DNA of 64,000 bases from a virus (Duplodnaviria > Caudoviricetes). Location of the stretch: the IMG/VR virus record IMGVR_UViG_3300014205_000183; one strand, 5' to 3'. The notes beneath the pieces are model-generated. The model made no database searches and was not told where the DNA came from. It saw nothing but the letters and a program-made list of their open reading frames with translations. A program made the translations under genes and the position numbers. Positions 39,042 through 47,500 of this stretch are shown in pieces; position 1 is the first letter of the stretch; every line of letters starts with the position of its first letter.

Positions 39042-39347
39042 TCACCAGTCCTTTTTAGGTTTATAGTTTATGGCTTCCAGAAGTTCACATCGCTTCACCA
39101 GCTTACCGTCTTGTTGAATACGGCCGCGTGGGTGCGCCATGGCCTGCTGAAGTGCCTCTTGTATCTTAAGCTCATCCTCTATCGACAACACTACATGGTC
39201 AGTACATACCTTAACATCGCTATCTAACAAGGTAGAATGCAAGTACGGGCCATCGGTAACTTCAAATGGTTTACCACAGACCGGGCACTCAATCAAATCA
39301 ATTTGGCGACACTTCACAGGATCGCCTGTATAGATTATGGTTGGCAT
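39042..39347 (-). CDS. Small Zn-ribbon protein
   Basis: Start MPTIIY at 39347. CPVC...CTDH motif. Confidence 0.6.
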   Translation of the reverse strand: MPTIIYTGDPVKCRQIDLIECPVCGKPFEVTDGPYLHSTLLDSDVKVCTDHVVLSIEDELKIQEALQQAMAHPRGRIQQDGKLVKRCELLEAINYKPKKDW

Positions 39348-39348
39348 T

Positions 39349-40824
39349 TTATGAATTAATATTTTTAAATTCATCCACCAATTCATCACGCAAGGCATTG
39401 ATTGAACCGATGAATGTGTAAACCAAAAGCCCTTTTTCTTTTGGAAGTAAAGAGACAAGTTCCCTGATATTGCTTTCAAGTTGATTTACATTTGCTAAAA
39501 TTTCATCCGCCTTTTCACGTGCAGTATTTGCGGTAATTTTCTTTGTAGCCATGGTGCCATCCATAAAACTTGTTATCGGTTTATCACTTATTTCGTATGC
39601 TAATATATTATCACTTTTTAACTTAGCAGCTGCATAAGATATTTTGCCTTTTGTTTTTTGAAAGCTCTTAAAAAAGTCTGTCACAAATGCAGTTGAATTA
39701 GCTATTGTAAAATCCGCAATTTTCTTCGCAGACATGGTGCTACCCATAGAACTTGTTATTTGTTTTTTAATAATCTTCATAATCTCCGGCAAGGCAGCAT
39801 CAAAACCGCCAATTGCATTCTCACTGGAAGTTTGTAATAACTCTTTGAAAACCTTCTTAACCGCAGCCTCATCTCTGACTGGCTCATTATGAATCACAGT
39901 ATCAATAAGCTCTTGGTAAGAAACACCATCTATTAGATAGTCGTCTGCATTCCAAGGCATGATGGCTGCTTTTTTAGTTGCACCGGGATCAGCCAACAAA
40001 GGCATTACCGATACTTCAAGAAGAGACTGAAGCTCTGCTGCGGTATCTTTAAGAGGACTGAACAGCCCTTTAATTGTCTTCCACAAATCAGACAACCAAC
40101 TACCAATATCAGCTTGAATCTTTTTAGACTCTACTTTCTTCGGTAACTCTTCCTTAACCTGCTTACGTATAGTTTTAGCAGGTTCCCAACTTACGAGCTT
40201 ACGTTTAATTTCTTTCTTGGCAGTCTCAGTTTGTTTTACAGCCTGGTCAACTAAATCGGTAACACTCTTCACCAGCTCAGGTGCCAGCAGCTTATTCATT
40301 GCCTGGGTAAGTATTTCCAATCGTTCCTTATCGGAAACGGTGGTTGCTTTCACTTCATCGTAGATGGCATATACCCTCTGCTCATACTCCAACAGTATCT
40401 TCTTACTCTCCCCATAAGACTCAGAAACCTCCAGCAGCTCTCGCTGGATCTCGGCAGCAGCTCGCTCGCTCAAACCCTTTAGCTGTGTCTTGGATTCTTC
40501 GTACCCTTTTTCCGCTTTAAGAGCATTTATCTTTGCATCAGTTTCAGTGCGTAAATGGGTGAAGTCTTCATCCAATTTTTTAATCTTGTCTGTGGTTGTA
40601 GCTAATTGCTCCGCAATAGGCTTCATTCTGCGTAGGTCTCCCGCAGGCTTTAACGAGTACTGCTCAAGAGGTAAATCCTTTGGTTTGGTCTTATACTCTT
40701 GATAAGGAAGTAAAGGAGCGTCTTCCGTTACAGTAGTTTTAGGCGTGTTAGATATGGATTCTCCACTGTCAACAGCAATCGTGGTAAGCAGTGCTTTTTT
40801 AATTATTTGAATATCAGTGAGCAT
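39349..40824 (-). CDS. Modular head-region protein (coiled coil plus small domains)
   Basis: 491 aa. Segments are separated by KKIQAD, KKAA, KKIAD, KKITA. Confidence 0.7.
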   Translation of the reverse strand: MLTDIQIIKKALLTTIAVDSGESISNTPKTTVTEDAPLLPYQEYKTKPKDLPLEQYSLKPAGDLRRMKPIAEQLATTTDKIKKLDEDFTHLRTETDAKINALKAEKGYEESKTQLKGLSERAAAEIQRELLEVSESYGESKKILLEYEQRVYAIYDEVKATTVSDKERLEILTQAMNKLLAPELVKSVTDLVDQAVKQTETAKKEIKRKLVSWEPAKTIRKQVKEELPKKVESKKIQADIGSWLSDLWKTIKGLFSPLKDTAAELQSLLEVSVMPLLADPGATKKAAIMPWNADDYLIDGVSYQELIDTVIHNEPVRDEAAVKKVFKELLQTSSENAIGGFDAALPEIMKIIKKQITSSMGSTMSAKKIADFTIANSTAFVTDFFKSFQKTKGKISYAAAKLKSDNILAYEISDKPITSFMDGTMATKKITANTAREKADEILANVNQLESNIRELVSLLPKEKGLLVYTFIGSINALRDELVDEFKNINS

Positions 40825-40839
40825 ACATTATATCCTTTC

Positions 40840-42771
40840 TTATTTACTCTCAAGAGAATGTGGGGCGATATTGCCATGATCACTCATGTGCCAAACACCA
40901 GGCCAGAACTGCTGAGACTCCATGCGGGCAAGGATGAAATCCTCGGCATCATCCATCGAATTAAATTCACCTAAGAATCTGCCACCAACTTCGGATACGG
41001 AAGTCTTACTTCCCAGGGAACCACTATCAGATATCATGTAGTCGCCGTCAACAGGTTCTTCTAGGAGGTCGTCTTCGATCTCAGGGTCATCCTCATATTC
41101 ATCGGCAGCGCGTTTCTTTTTTGCTGCATTCTTCCCCGCAGCCAATTTATCTGCCTTGGACATGGCTTCCTCAAGTGTAGCAGCGTGTCCCACAACTTCA
41201 GAAGCAGCATCTTCTATGTCAAACTTATCCGCAAACCCCTCTGGAAGAGGATCGATACGGTAGTTGGTTCGAGAGTTTAATAAGGTGCCGTCATCTTCTT
41301 CTAACCAATCTGAATTAGCGGCTTTGGCAAGTGCCTTCTTGCTGCCCTGCTTATCAGTAAGGTAGTCTGGGTCTTCTTCCAAGATACCTGAATGAAACTT
41401 TATATAATATTTACCATCAGTTGATTTTGCGCCATCACGAGAATCTTTAAACATTACATCAGGATAGTCAGATCCGTCCACATATGGCTCGATTACTTTA
41501 TCTGTCTTAGCATCTACAAGAGCCAGGCCGTAGCCCTGACCTTCCCAGTCAGCAATCAAATCAAATATTGATATAGGTTTTGCGGAAGTTGTTTTCTTAT
41601 TGGCGTATGTGCCTAGCAGTTGCTCTTTAAGCCATTCCCGCATGTCGTCGGCAGTGCTGAATGATTCTAGTTCAACACCATCCAAGTCTGTTACAAAGAA
41701 AGCCTCGGGGTCATCTTCAAATTTAGTATGGTGGAATAAAACATAATCCCCAAGCAGTAAACCCGTCTCGTCTTCCATCATCGCAAAGAGATCGCCATGA
41801 CCATCAAAAATATCGTCAATCATGCGTTCGGTATTAGCTGCTTGTTTTTTAGTCAACTTACCCGACTTTTTAACAGGTGCGAGACCATCTGCCAGACTCA
41901 TTGCACCATCCAGTGTATTGGCATGACCTATAAGTCCTTCCTCGTCATTCTTAATTTGAAAACGAGAGTTCCAAGGGGCATCATCATCTTCCTCAATCTT
42001 GAAATGCGTGCGAGTGTTCACCATCAAGTCAGCAGCTTCTGGCACCCATTCTGATACCAATGCAGTCACCTGCTTACCAGCTGTCTTACTCTTCGGCATA
42101 TTCTGTGTTACTTCATCCTGTGGAGTGACAATCTGCTTTGGTTTAATAGCCTCGCTGATATTGTCATTAAATGTAATAAGGATACCATCGGCTTCAACCT
42201 CTTTAGCAAGGTCTTGAAGAAGTTCCAGATCTTCCTGACGAACCAGGATATCAACACATACTCGGTCAGGGTCAATAGTATAACGGCGGACTTCCCGATA
42301 ACGAATATCAGCCTCAGCCAATACCGCAAGTACGCTGGTGTAGCTTTCGTTAGTCTGACCAGCTTTTGTTTCTATGGTTAAACGGTAGCCATAACCATCA
42401 TAGATAGTCGCCATCTTAGCAGCATTGCGTTTAAAGTCCTTACCGGAGAACTGGTCGTCACCAGTTCCCAGCCACTGGTAAACAGCATCAGATAGCTGCT
42501 TATTGGGTAGCTGCGCCACATGCAGTGCGGATTGCGGTTTGGTGAAGTCGTTACTCCAGGACATATACACATGAGTACTGTCAATAGGTTTGATGTAATA
42601 AGTGTCACCATCCATAGTAAATTCTTTTACTTCAGTAGGTGTGTTCTTATCAGACCTCTTCTCAAAGAAACCCTGTTGAAGTCTGGCCAACGCCGTAGGA
42701 GCTGATGCTGCTGCCAGAGTTCTTAAGTTTTCTGTTTCAAATTCACTGCCGGGGGTTCGCATACCACGCAT
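40840..42771 (-). CDS. Modular acidic head-region polyprotein
   Basis: 643 aa. Acidic domains are separated by KRNAA, KTAG, KKQAA, KAAN, KKRAA. One domain occurs twice. Confidence 0.75.
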   Translation of the reverse strand: MRGMRTPGSEFETENLRTLAAASAPTALARLQQGFFEKRSDKNTPTEVKEFTMDGDTYYIKPIDSTHVYMSWSNDFTKPQSALHVAQLPNKQLSDAVYQWLGTGDDQFSGKDFKRNAAKMATIYDGYGYRLTIETKAGQTNESYTSVLAVLAEADIRYREVRRYTIDPDRVCVDILVRQEDLELLQDLAKEVEADGILITFNDNISEAIKPKQIVTPQDEVTQNMPKSKTAGKQVTALVSEWVPEAADLMVNTRTHFKIEEDDDAPWNSRFQIKNDEEGLIGHANTLDGAMSLADGLAPVKKSGKLTKKQAANTERMIDDIFDGHGDLFAMMEDETGLLLGDYVLFHHTKFEDDPEAFFVTDLDGVELESFSTADDMREWLKEQLLGTYANKKTTSAKPISIFDLIADWEGQGYGLALVDAKTDKVIEPYVDGSDYPDVMFKDSRDGAKSTDGKYYIKFHSGILEEDPDYLTDKQGSKKALAKAANSDWLEEDDGTLLNSRTNYRIDPLPEGFADKFDIEDAASEVVGHAATLEEAMSKADKLAAGKNAAKKKRAADEYEDDPEIEDDLLEEPVDGDYMISDSGSLGSKTSVSEVGGRFLGEFNSMDDAEDFILARMESQQFWPGVWHMSDHGNIAPHSLESK

Positions 42772-42785
42772 GAGCCGCTCCTTTT

Positions 42786-42968
42786 TTATTTTTCCTTTTG
42801 AGTTCTATCAGCAAAGAAATCTGGGTGCTGGTCGCCTACCGGTTGATTATTCATCGGCACCCGTAAATCATAATTCAAATCCAAACCACCTATGTCCGCC
42901 CCAATTTGCTCAGGGCTGCCATTGGCCAGTACGCTCTTAATATTGCTTATAGCATACTGAATGTTCAT
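42786..42968 (-). CDS. Small hypothetical protein
   Basis: 60 aa filling the gap between two co-oriented genes. Confidence 0.55.
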   Translation of the reverse strand: MNIQYAISNIKSVLANGSPEQIGADIGGLDLNYDLRVPMNNQPVGDQHPDFFADRTQKEK

Positions 42969-42970
42969 TA

Positions 42971-45877
42971 TTAACCTTTGTGCACTTTCTTGATTTTAGT
43001 ACCTTGATCACATGCTTCCAATTTCCAATTACGACCGCCGTGAATATCAAAATCGTAGTTGCCGAGTCGAGCGGCTTTCTTAGCTAAACGTCTACGAGTA
43101 GCTATGATTGTATCATCTTCCTTTTCACCTTCGACCATCATGCCGTTAGTGAGATCGGTAGCTGCAATTTTCTGAGCCAGCCGAGAAGCTGTTGTATTAG
43201 GTGCTCCTTGTAAATCAACAATAAGTTTTTCCAGAATCTTTTCCCGGATTTCTAAATACGTTTTTTCAGGATACCAGTTATCAAACGCAATTCTAGGATT
43301 TACAGAAGAGTCCCCATCATCGCCAAGACCGATCTTCCAATCTTCGAAATTGTAGAATATCCAACTATCTGATATGTCAGCTGGACCTTCTTGCCCTCCA
43401 GCAACACTTTCATCAGCCTCTGGGAATGTCAAATCCACATAACCAGAAATATGCTCCGCATCCTTCCAATTATTTGTTTGTATTGATATGTCATTCACGG
43501 TCATACCTGAAAACTCGCCAGCGATATCTTCGTCAGATTTATAGGGTCCGGTAGTCCCAACAGCCAATGCCCGGAGCTTAGCAGCTAATCGAGAAGACCG
43601 ACGCTTGATATCAACGACACTGTCGTCAATAATAGGGTCACCTTCAGTAACACCATTGGCGGCCAAGGCTTCTGTTATTTTTTTCTGTACTGCGGAGGTA
43701 GATTGCGAATATTTGCGTTTATTCACATGCATAACTCCGGCAGTATCTCTTAATGCCATGATGGTGGCATAATGCATCAATGCCCAACTCCCATCAGGCT
43801 GCTTCGAGATCTTTAGATTGGGTGTACCCCAGGTAGGTAGCTTATCTTTCGGAAAACTATCAGTCACAAAAAGGTTGATAACATCATCGTTAGTAGCTGC
43901 CTGTTTATCAAGACCGCTGAGTTTTTTAGCCAGCCGTGCAGCCTGTGTATCCAAATTACCAAGTTTCATATCCAACTCCCTTTCAGTTATTTGAGATTCT
44001 CCAACATCTGCTGCCTCTGGTTGTGTATTTAACATTTCATTATGTCCGCGAACAAATACACTAAACTTCCCTCCATTACCACTATATTTATTAAGTGGAC
44101 GGCCGTCAAAATCAGTAAAGCCTAGCTCAGTGAGTTTATTCTGCAATTCGGGTGTCCAACTCATAACCGGATTTTGAAGCCGCCAGGTTCCGCGCATACT
44201 GCCGTCCGCAATATATTTCACCCGGGCGTCTACCCCATTACTTAATAAAAACTCCTGCATCTTCTGATTCTCAGGTCTACGTTTAGCGGTGACAATGGCA
44301 GCGAGACGCTCGACACCCGTACTTTTAATGAGGTCACCAAAAATAGCAGAATACTTAGAACTGAAGATGGCAATATTGTCGGCGCGTCCGGCCTTTTCAG
44401 ATTCAGCTGGGTGACCGTCTTCGAGTGTCTTGATGTTGCCATCAGCCGCTGGAGTATTCGGGGCACTGGTCAAGCCCTTAGTAGGTGTGCGATCAACAGG
44501 CACAGTATTATTGTCTAGGGTGCCAAGTTCCGCGGCTGTTTTCTTTGTTGTCTTAACAAACTTACCTGCGCTAGTATACAAGGCGTCAAACTCTTTGAAA
44601 GACAACCTCACGAGTGATCCGAGCTTAGTGACCCGCAGTAAGGCACTTGGGCAACCCGCTTCTATATTCAAGGAAGTATATTTAGTAAGTTTCTTGTCAC
44701 CATCGATTTTACTGATAGACTCTTCATAGCGAACACCATAAGCCTGTGTCGGTTCGGCCTTGTCCAGATCCATATCCGCGGTAGGCCGCTTCTCCAAGAT
44801 GTACACTTTCTTTTCGAGGTCTACATCTTTAATGGTAATCATGTCTAATTCAGGAGCCTGCTTGGCATCTACCGGGACCAAGATGTCGCCTAAGCGATAT
44901 TTGGTTTCAAAATCATTAGGATGTCCGGCTGTTTTCTTTGCAGCTTCGACGCCAGGCTCTTGAGTATTGAAGTCACTCAACAAACTCCAGGCTGTGTCAC
45001 GCAAGCTATCACCAAAGCTCTCCAGGTATAGTCCGTGACTGCTGACACCCTTAGATTCCATAAAAGTCTCAACTTCGGTGTCATCTTCTGGAGATACACC
45101 ATGACCCTGGGAAACCAAAGCTAGATCAGACCAGACAGCCGGAAATTCCTTAACCAATTCTGCCACGGTGAGCTTGCCTTCCCACTTTTCATCAATGGCC
45201 GCGATAAGCTCCTGCCCTACTTTTTTTATTTCTTCATCAGGCATCTTGATGCCTGCGTCAGTTAACATGCTGGGAATGTACTCTGTAAGCTCCTGTTGTG
45301 ATGCGTTGTATCCTAGCTTCTCATTAACGCCTGCTAAATCAGACTCTTCACCCTCCTCATATGCACTCTCAAGCACAGAACCAACAGCATCTACAAATAG
45401 GATTTGACCCATATCATACGCGGTATCGCCAGTATCAGCGGCAGTCTTAACTGAGCTGTCTTTTTTAGATTCAAATTTACCACCCATGTTCTGGTAAACG
45501 GTATTCACGGTTGCCCATTCTTTATCTCCAAAGTCGGCCTTGGCTTTGCCGCTGCTCTTGGCCACGGCTTCCTCTGCCTTTTTCCACTTAGATTCATCAA
45601 CTTTACCCGGGGCATAAGTTTCAAATGCTGCCTTTTTTGGTTTTTTCTTTTTAGACTTATATGCCCAGGCATTATGCGCCGTGAGCTTATCTTTAGCAGC
45701 CAAGAAGCGTGCTTGCTTTTCTGTGAAGCCGTCTACCGCAGCTACAATTTGATCAAAATCAGCATACAGGCGTTTACCGCTTGTTAGCTTAATATTAGCC
45801 TTGGTTCCAACAACGGACAGTACACGCCCCTGTTGACCGTTCCACATCGTGACAAGTTGATTATGTTTAACTTCCAT
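42971..45877 (-). CDS. Modular head-region polyprotein
   Basis: 968 aa. Domains are separated by KKAA, VKTAA, KKTAG, KKTAA, DKQAA. SH3-like N-terminus. Confidence 0.75.
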   Translation of the reverse strand: MEVKHNQLVTMWNGQQGRVLSVVGTKANIKLTSGKRLYADFDQIVAAVDGFTEKQARFLAAKDKLTAHNAWAYKSKKKKPKKAAFETYAPGKVDESKWKKAEEAVAKSSGKAKADFGDKEWATVNTVYQNMGGKFESKKDSSVKTAADTGDTAYDMGQILFVDAVGSVLESAYEEGEESDLAGVNEKLGYNASQQELTEYIPSMLTDAGIKMPDEEIKKVGQELIAAIDEKWEGKLTVAELVKEFPAVWSDLALVSQGHGVSPEDDTEVETFMESKGVSSHGLYLESFGDSLRDTAWSLLSDFNTQEPGVEAAKKTAGHPNDFETKYRLGDILVPVDAKQAPELDMITIKDVDLEKKVYILEKRPTADMDLDKAEPTQAYGVRYEESISKIDGDKKLTKYTSLNIEAGCPSALLRVTKLGSLVRLSFKEFDALYTSAGKFVKTTKKTAAELGTLDNNTVPVDRTPTKGLTSAPNTPAADGNIKTLEDGHPAESEKAGRADNIAIFSSKYSAIFGDLIKSTGVERLAAIVTAKRRPENQKMQEFLLSNGVDARVKYIADGSMRGTWRLQNPVMSWTPELQNKLTELGFTDFDGRPLNKYSGNGGKFSVFVRGHNEMLNTQPEAADVGESQITERELDMKLGNLDTQAARLAKKLSGLDKQAATNDDVINLFVTDSFPKDKLPTWGTPNLKISKQPDGSWALMHYATIMALRDTAGVMHVNKRKYSQSTSAVQKKITEALAANGVTEGDPIIDDSVVDIKRRSSRLAAKLRALAVGTTGPYKSDEDIAGEFSGMTVNDISIQTNNWKDAEHISGYVDLTFPEADESVAGGQEGPADISDSWIFYNFEDWKIGLGDDGDSSVNPRIAFDNWYPEKTYLEIREKILEKLIVDLQGAPNTTASRLAQKIAATDLTNGMMVEGEKEDDTIIATRRRLAKKAARLGNYDFDIHGGRNWKLEACDQGTKIKKVHKG

Positions 45878-45912
45878 GACCGCCCTCGCTTAGTATATTT
45901 GTTTAAAAATAG

Positions 45913-47055
45913 TTACTTCTTATCTGTTGTTCCAAAGTCAAAATTCTTTAATTCATCCGCTAATTCCAAATCATTAGTAGCCCCACTGTCAATTCCACGT
46001 CTAGCCATCTCTTGCCGGAGAATAGGATTGATACGATGTTGCGGGTTGCGCAACAGCTCACTGCTCTGCTTACGACTACCTAATCTGTATTTTTTAATAG
46101 AATTAAGAGTGGTATTTAGGTAGCTACCTAATTTTTCTTTAGACCCGGACCACATCAAACGAGAACCTTTATGCACGGTAGACATACCAGTGGCTTCAAT
46201 AGCAGGTATATAAGTGCCCCCACCTAGTTGAGCAATTCGAGCTGTTAAGCCAGATGCCTTCTGCATAATGGATTCATCTTCATTTTTAGCAGATACGACG
46301 CTGCGAGCGAATGACCGGCGCTCTAAAGAAGCAGCTGTGGCTTCACCTGGAGCCTCTGCGGGAGTGGCTGCTTCACCTGCGGGTGCCGCGGCAGCATCAG
46401 GGCCTCCTGCAAGATTACCTTCGTCTACAATCTCTTCTTCGCCTGCCCCATCCATCAGGGCACCGCCACCCATATCACCACCAATATCGCCCCCGTCAGA
46501 GGGTTCAGCACCGGGTGCAAATGCAGGCTCACCTTCTGGTTCTGGCGGAGTCGCGTCTTCTTGTGCAGCGGCCTCGGCCTGTCCTTCCATCACGGTCTGC
46601 TCTATATTAGTATAGCTGTCCACAAGTAGGTCAAATCCTGACTCATATTGCGATTTAATCAAATCCACCTTATTTTCATCGAAGTCATCCGGTGCAGACC
46701 AGCCATTTTCGGTATCGTAAACATTGGTCACGAGTGCCTCTGATTCAGATATAGCCTTGTCACCCATAAACACTTTAAACTGCATTGTCAGCTGGCCATC
46801 CTTATTGGCCTCTTCTTTAACTAGAGAGAACTTACGCCCATCACGCTCCTCTTCCCGAAGCACCTCTGCCGCAGCACGGCGAACAAGTCCTGCCCGTCTC
46901 AACATATCATAAGGAACATCGTAACTTTCACCATTGTCTAAGGTAACAGCTGCATGAAGAGAACCTGTGCGAATAACGGTGCCTTTGCCAAGCAAATCAT
47001 CGCCATCAACCACCTCCACTACTTGCCCCGGATTATACTCTTCATAAGGTTTCAT
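45913..47055 (-). CDS. Head-region protein with an SH3-like N-terminus and an acidic Ala/Gly/Pro linker
   Basis: 380 aa, GGAG RBS. Confidence 0.7.
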   Translation of the reverse strand: MKPYEEYNPGQVVEVVDGDDLLGKGTVIRTGSLHAAVTLDNGESYDVPYDMLRRAGLVRRAAAEVLREEERDGRKFSLVKEEANKDGQLTMQFKVFMGDKAISESEALVTNVYDTENGWSAPDDFDENKVDLIKSQYESGFDLLVDSYTNIEQTVMEGQAEAAAQEDATPPEPEGEPAFAPGAEPSDGGDIGGDMGGGALMDGAGEEEIVDEGNLAGGPDAAAAPAGEAATPAEAPGEATAASLERRSFARSVVSAKNEDESIMQKASGLTARIAQLGGGTYIPAIEATGMSTVHKGSRLMWSGSKEKLGSYLNTTLNSIKKYRLGSRKQSSELLRNPQHRINPILRQEMARRGIDSGATNDLELADELKNFDFGTTDKK

Positions 47056-47056
47056 A

Positions 47057-47500
47057 TTATAACTCCCAATGTAAATTTGAGACCTGTGTGTTTATTTCTG
47101 TACGGATGTTATTCAGGTCTGTTGCGAATTGTTTTACTGCATCTAAATATTGTTCCGACATCCGAGCACCCTCAAGCAACACGTCGGACAAGGAAACTAA
47201 TGCCTCCAGTGGTTCATTCTGTCCCTCTGGATGAGCGTCCTGGATTCCCTGTGCCGCAGTCTTTAATGATTCAGCATAAGTTCGCAGGGTGTGCAGATAG
47301 TTGCCAACTAAGTCAACCTTAGATAAAAACTGCATACCTGATACCCTGTCTTCCAGGGTATTCTGAAGAAGTATGGCTAAGTCTTCAACCATATCTTTAC
47401 GCTCTTTAGCGGCCTGCTTACCCGCACCTTTAGATGTATGACCTATAATCGGGTCATGTGACTTGGTAGGGTCGAATTTAGGTGCTTGCTTAGTTGCCAC
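47057..47500 (-). CDS. Hypothetical helical protein downstream of the portal
   Basis: GTG start at 47500 preceded by GGAGG, overlapping the portal stop. Confidence 0.6.
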   Translation of the reverse strand: MATKQAPKFDPTKSHDPIIGHTSKGAGKQAAKERKDMVEDLAILLQNTLEDRVSGMQFLSKVDLVGNYLHTLRTYAESLKTAAQGIQDAHPEGQNEPLEALVSLSDVLLEGARMSEQYLDAVKQFATDLNNIRTEINTQVSNLHWEL

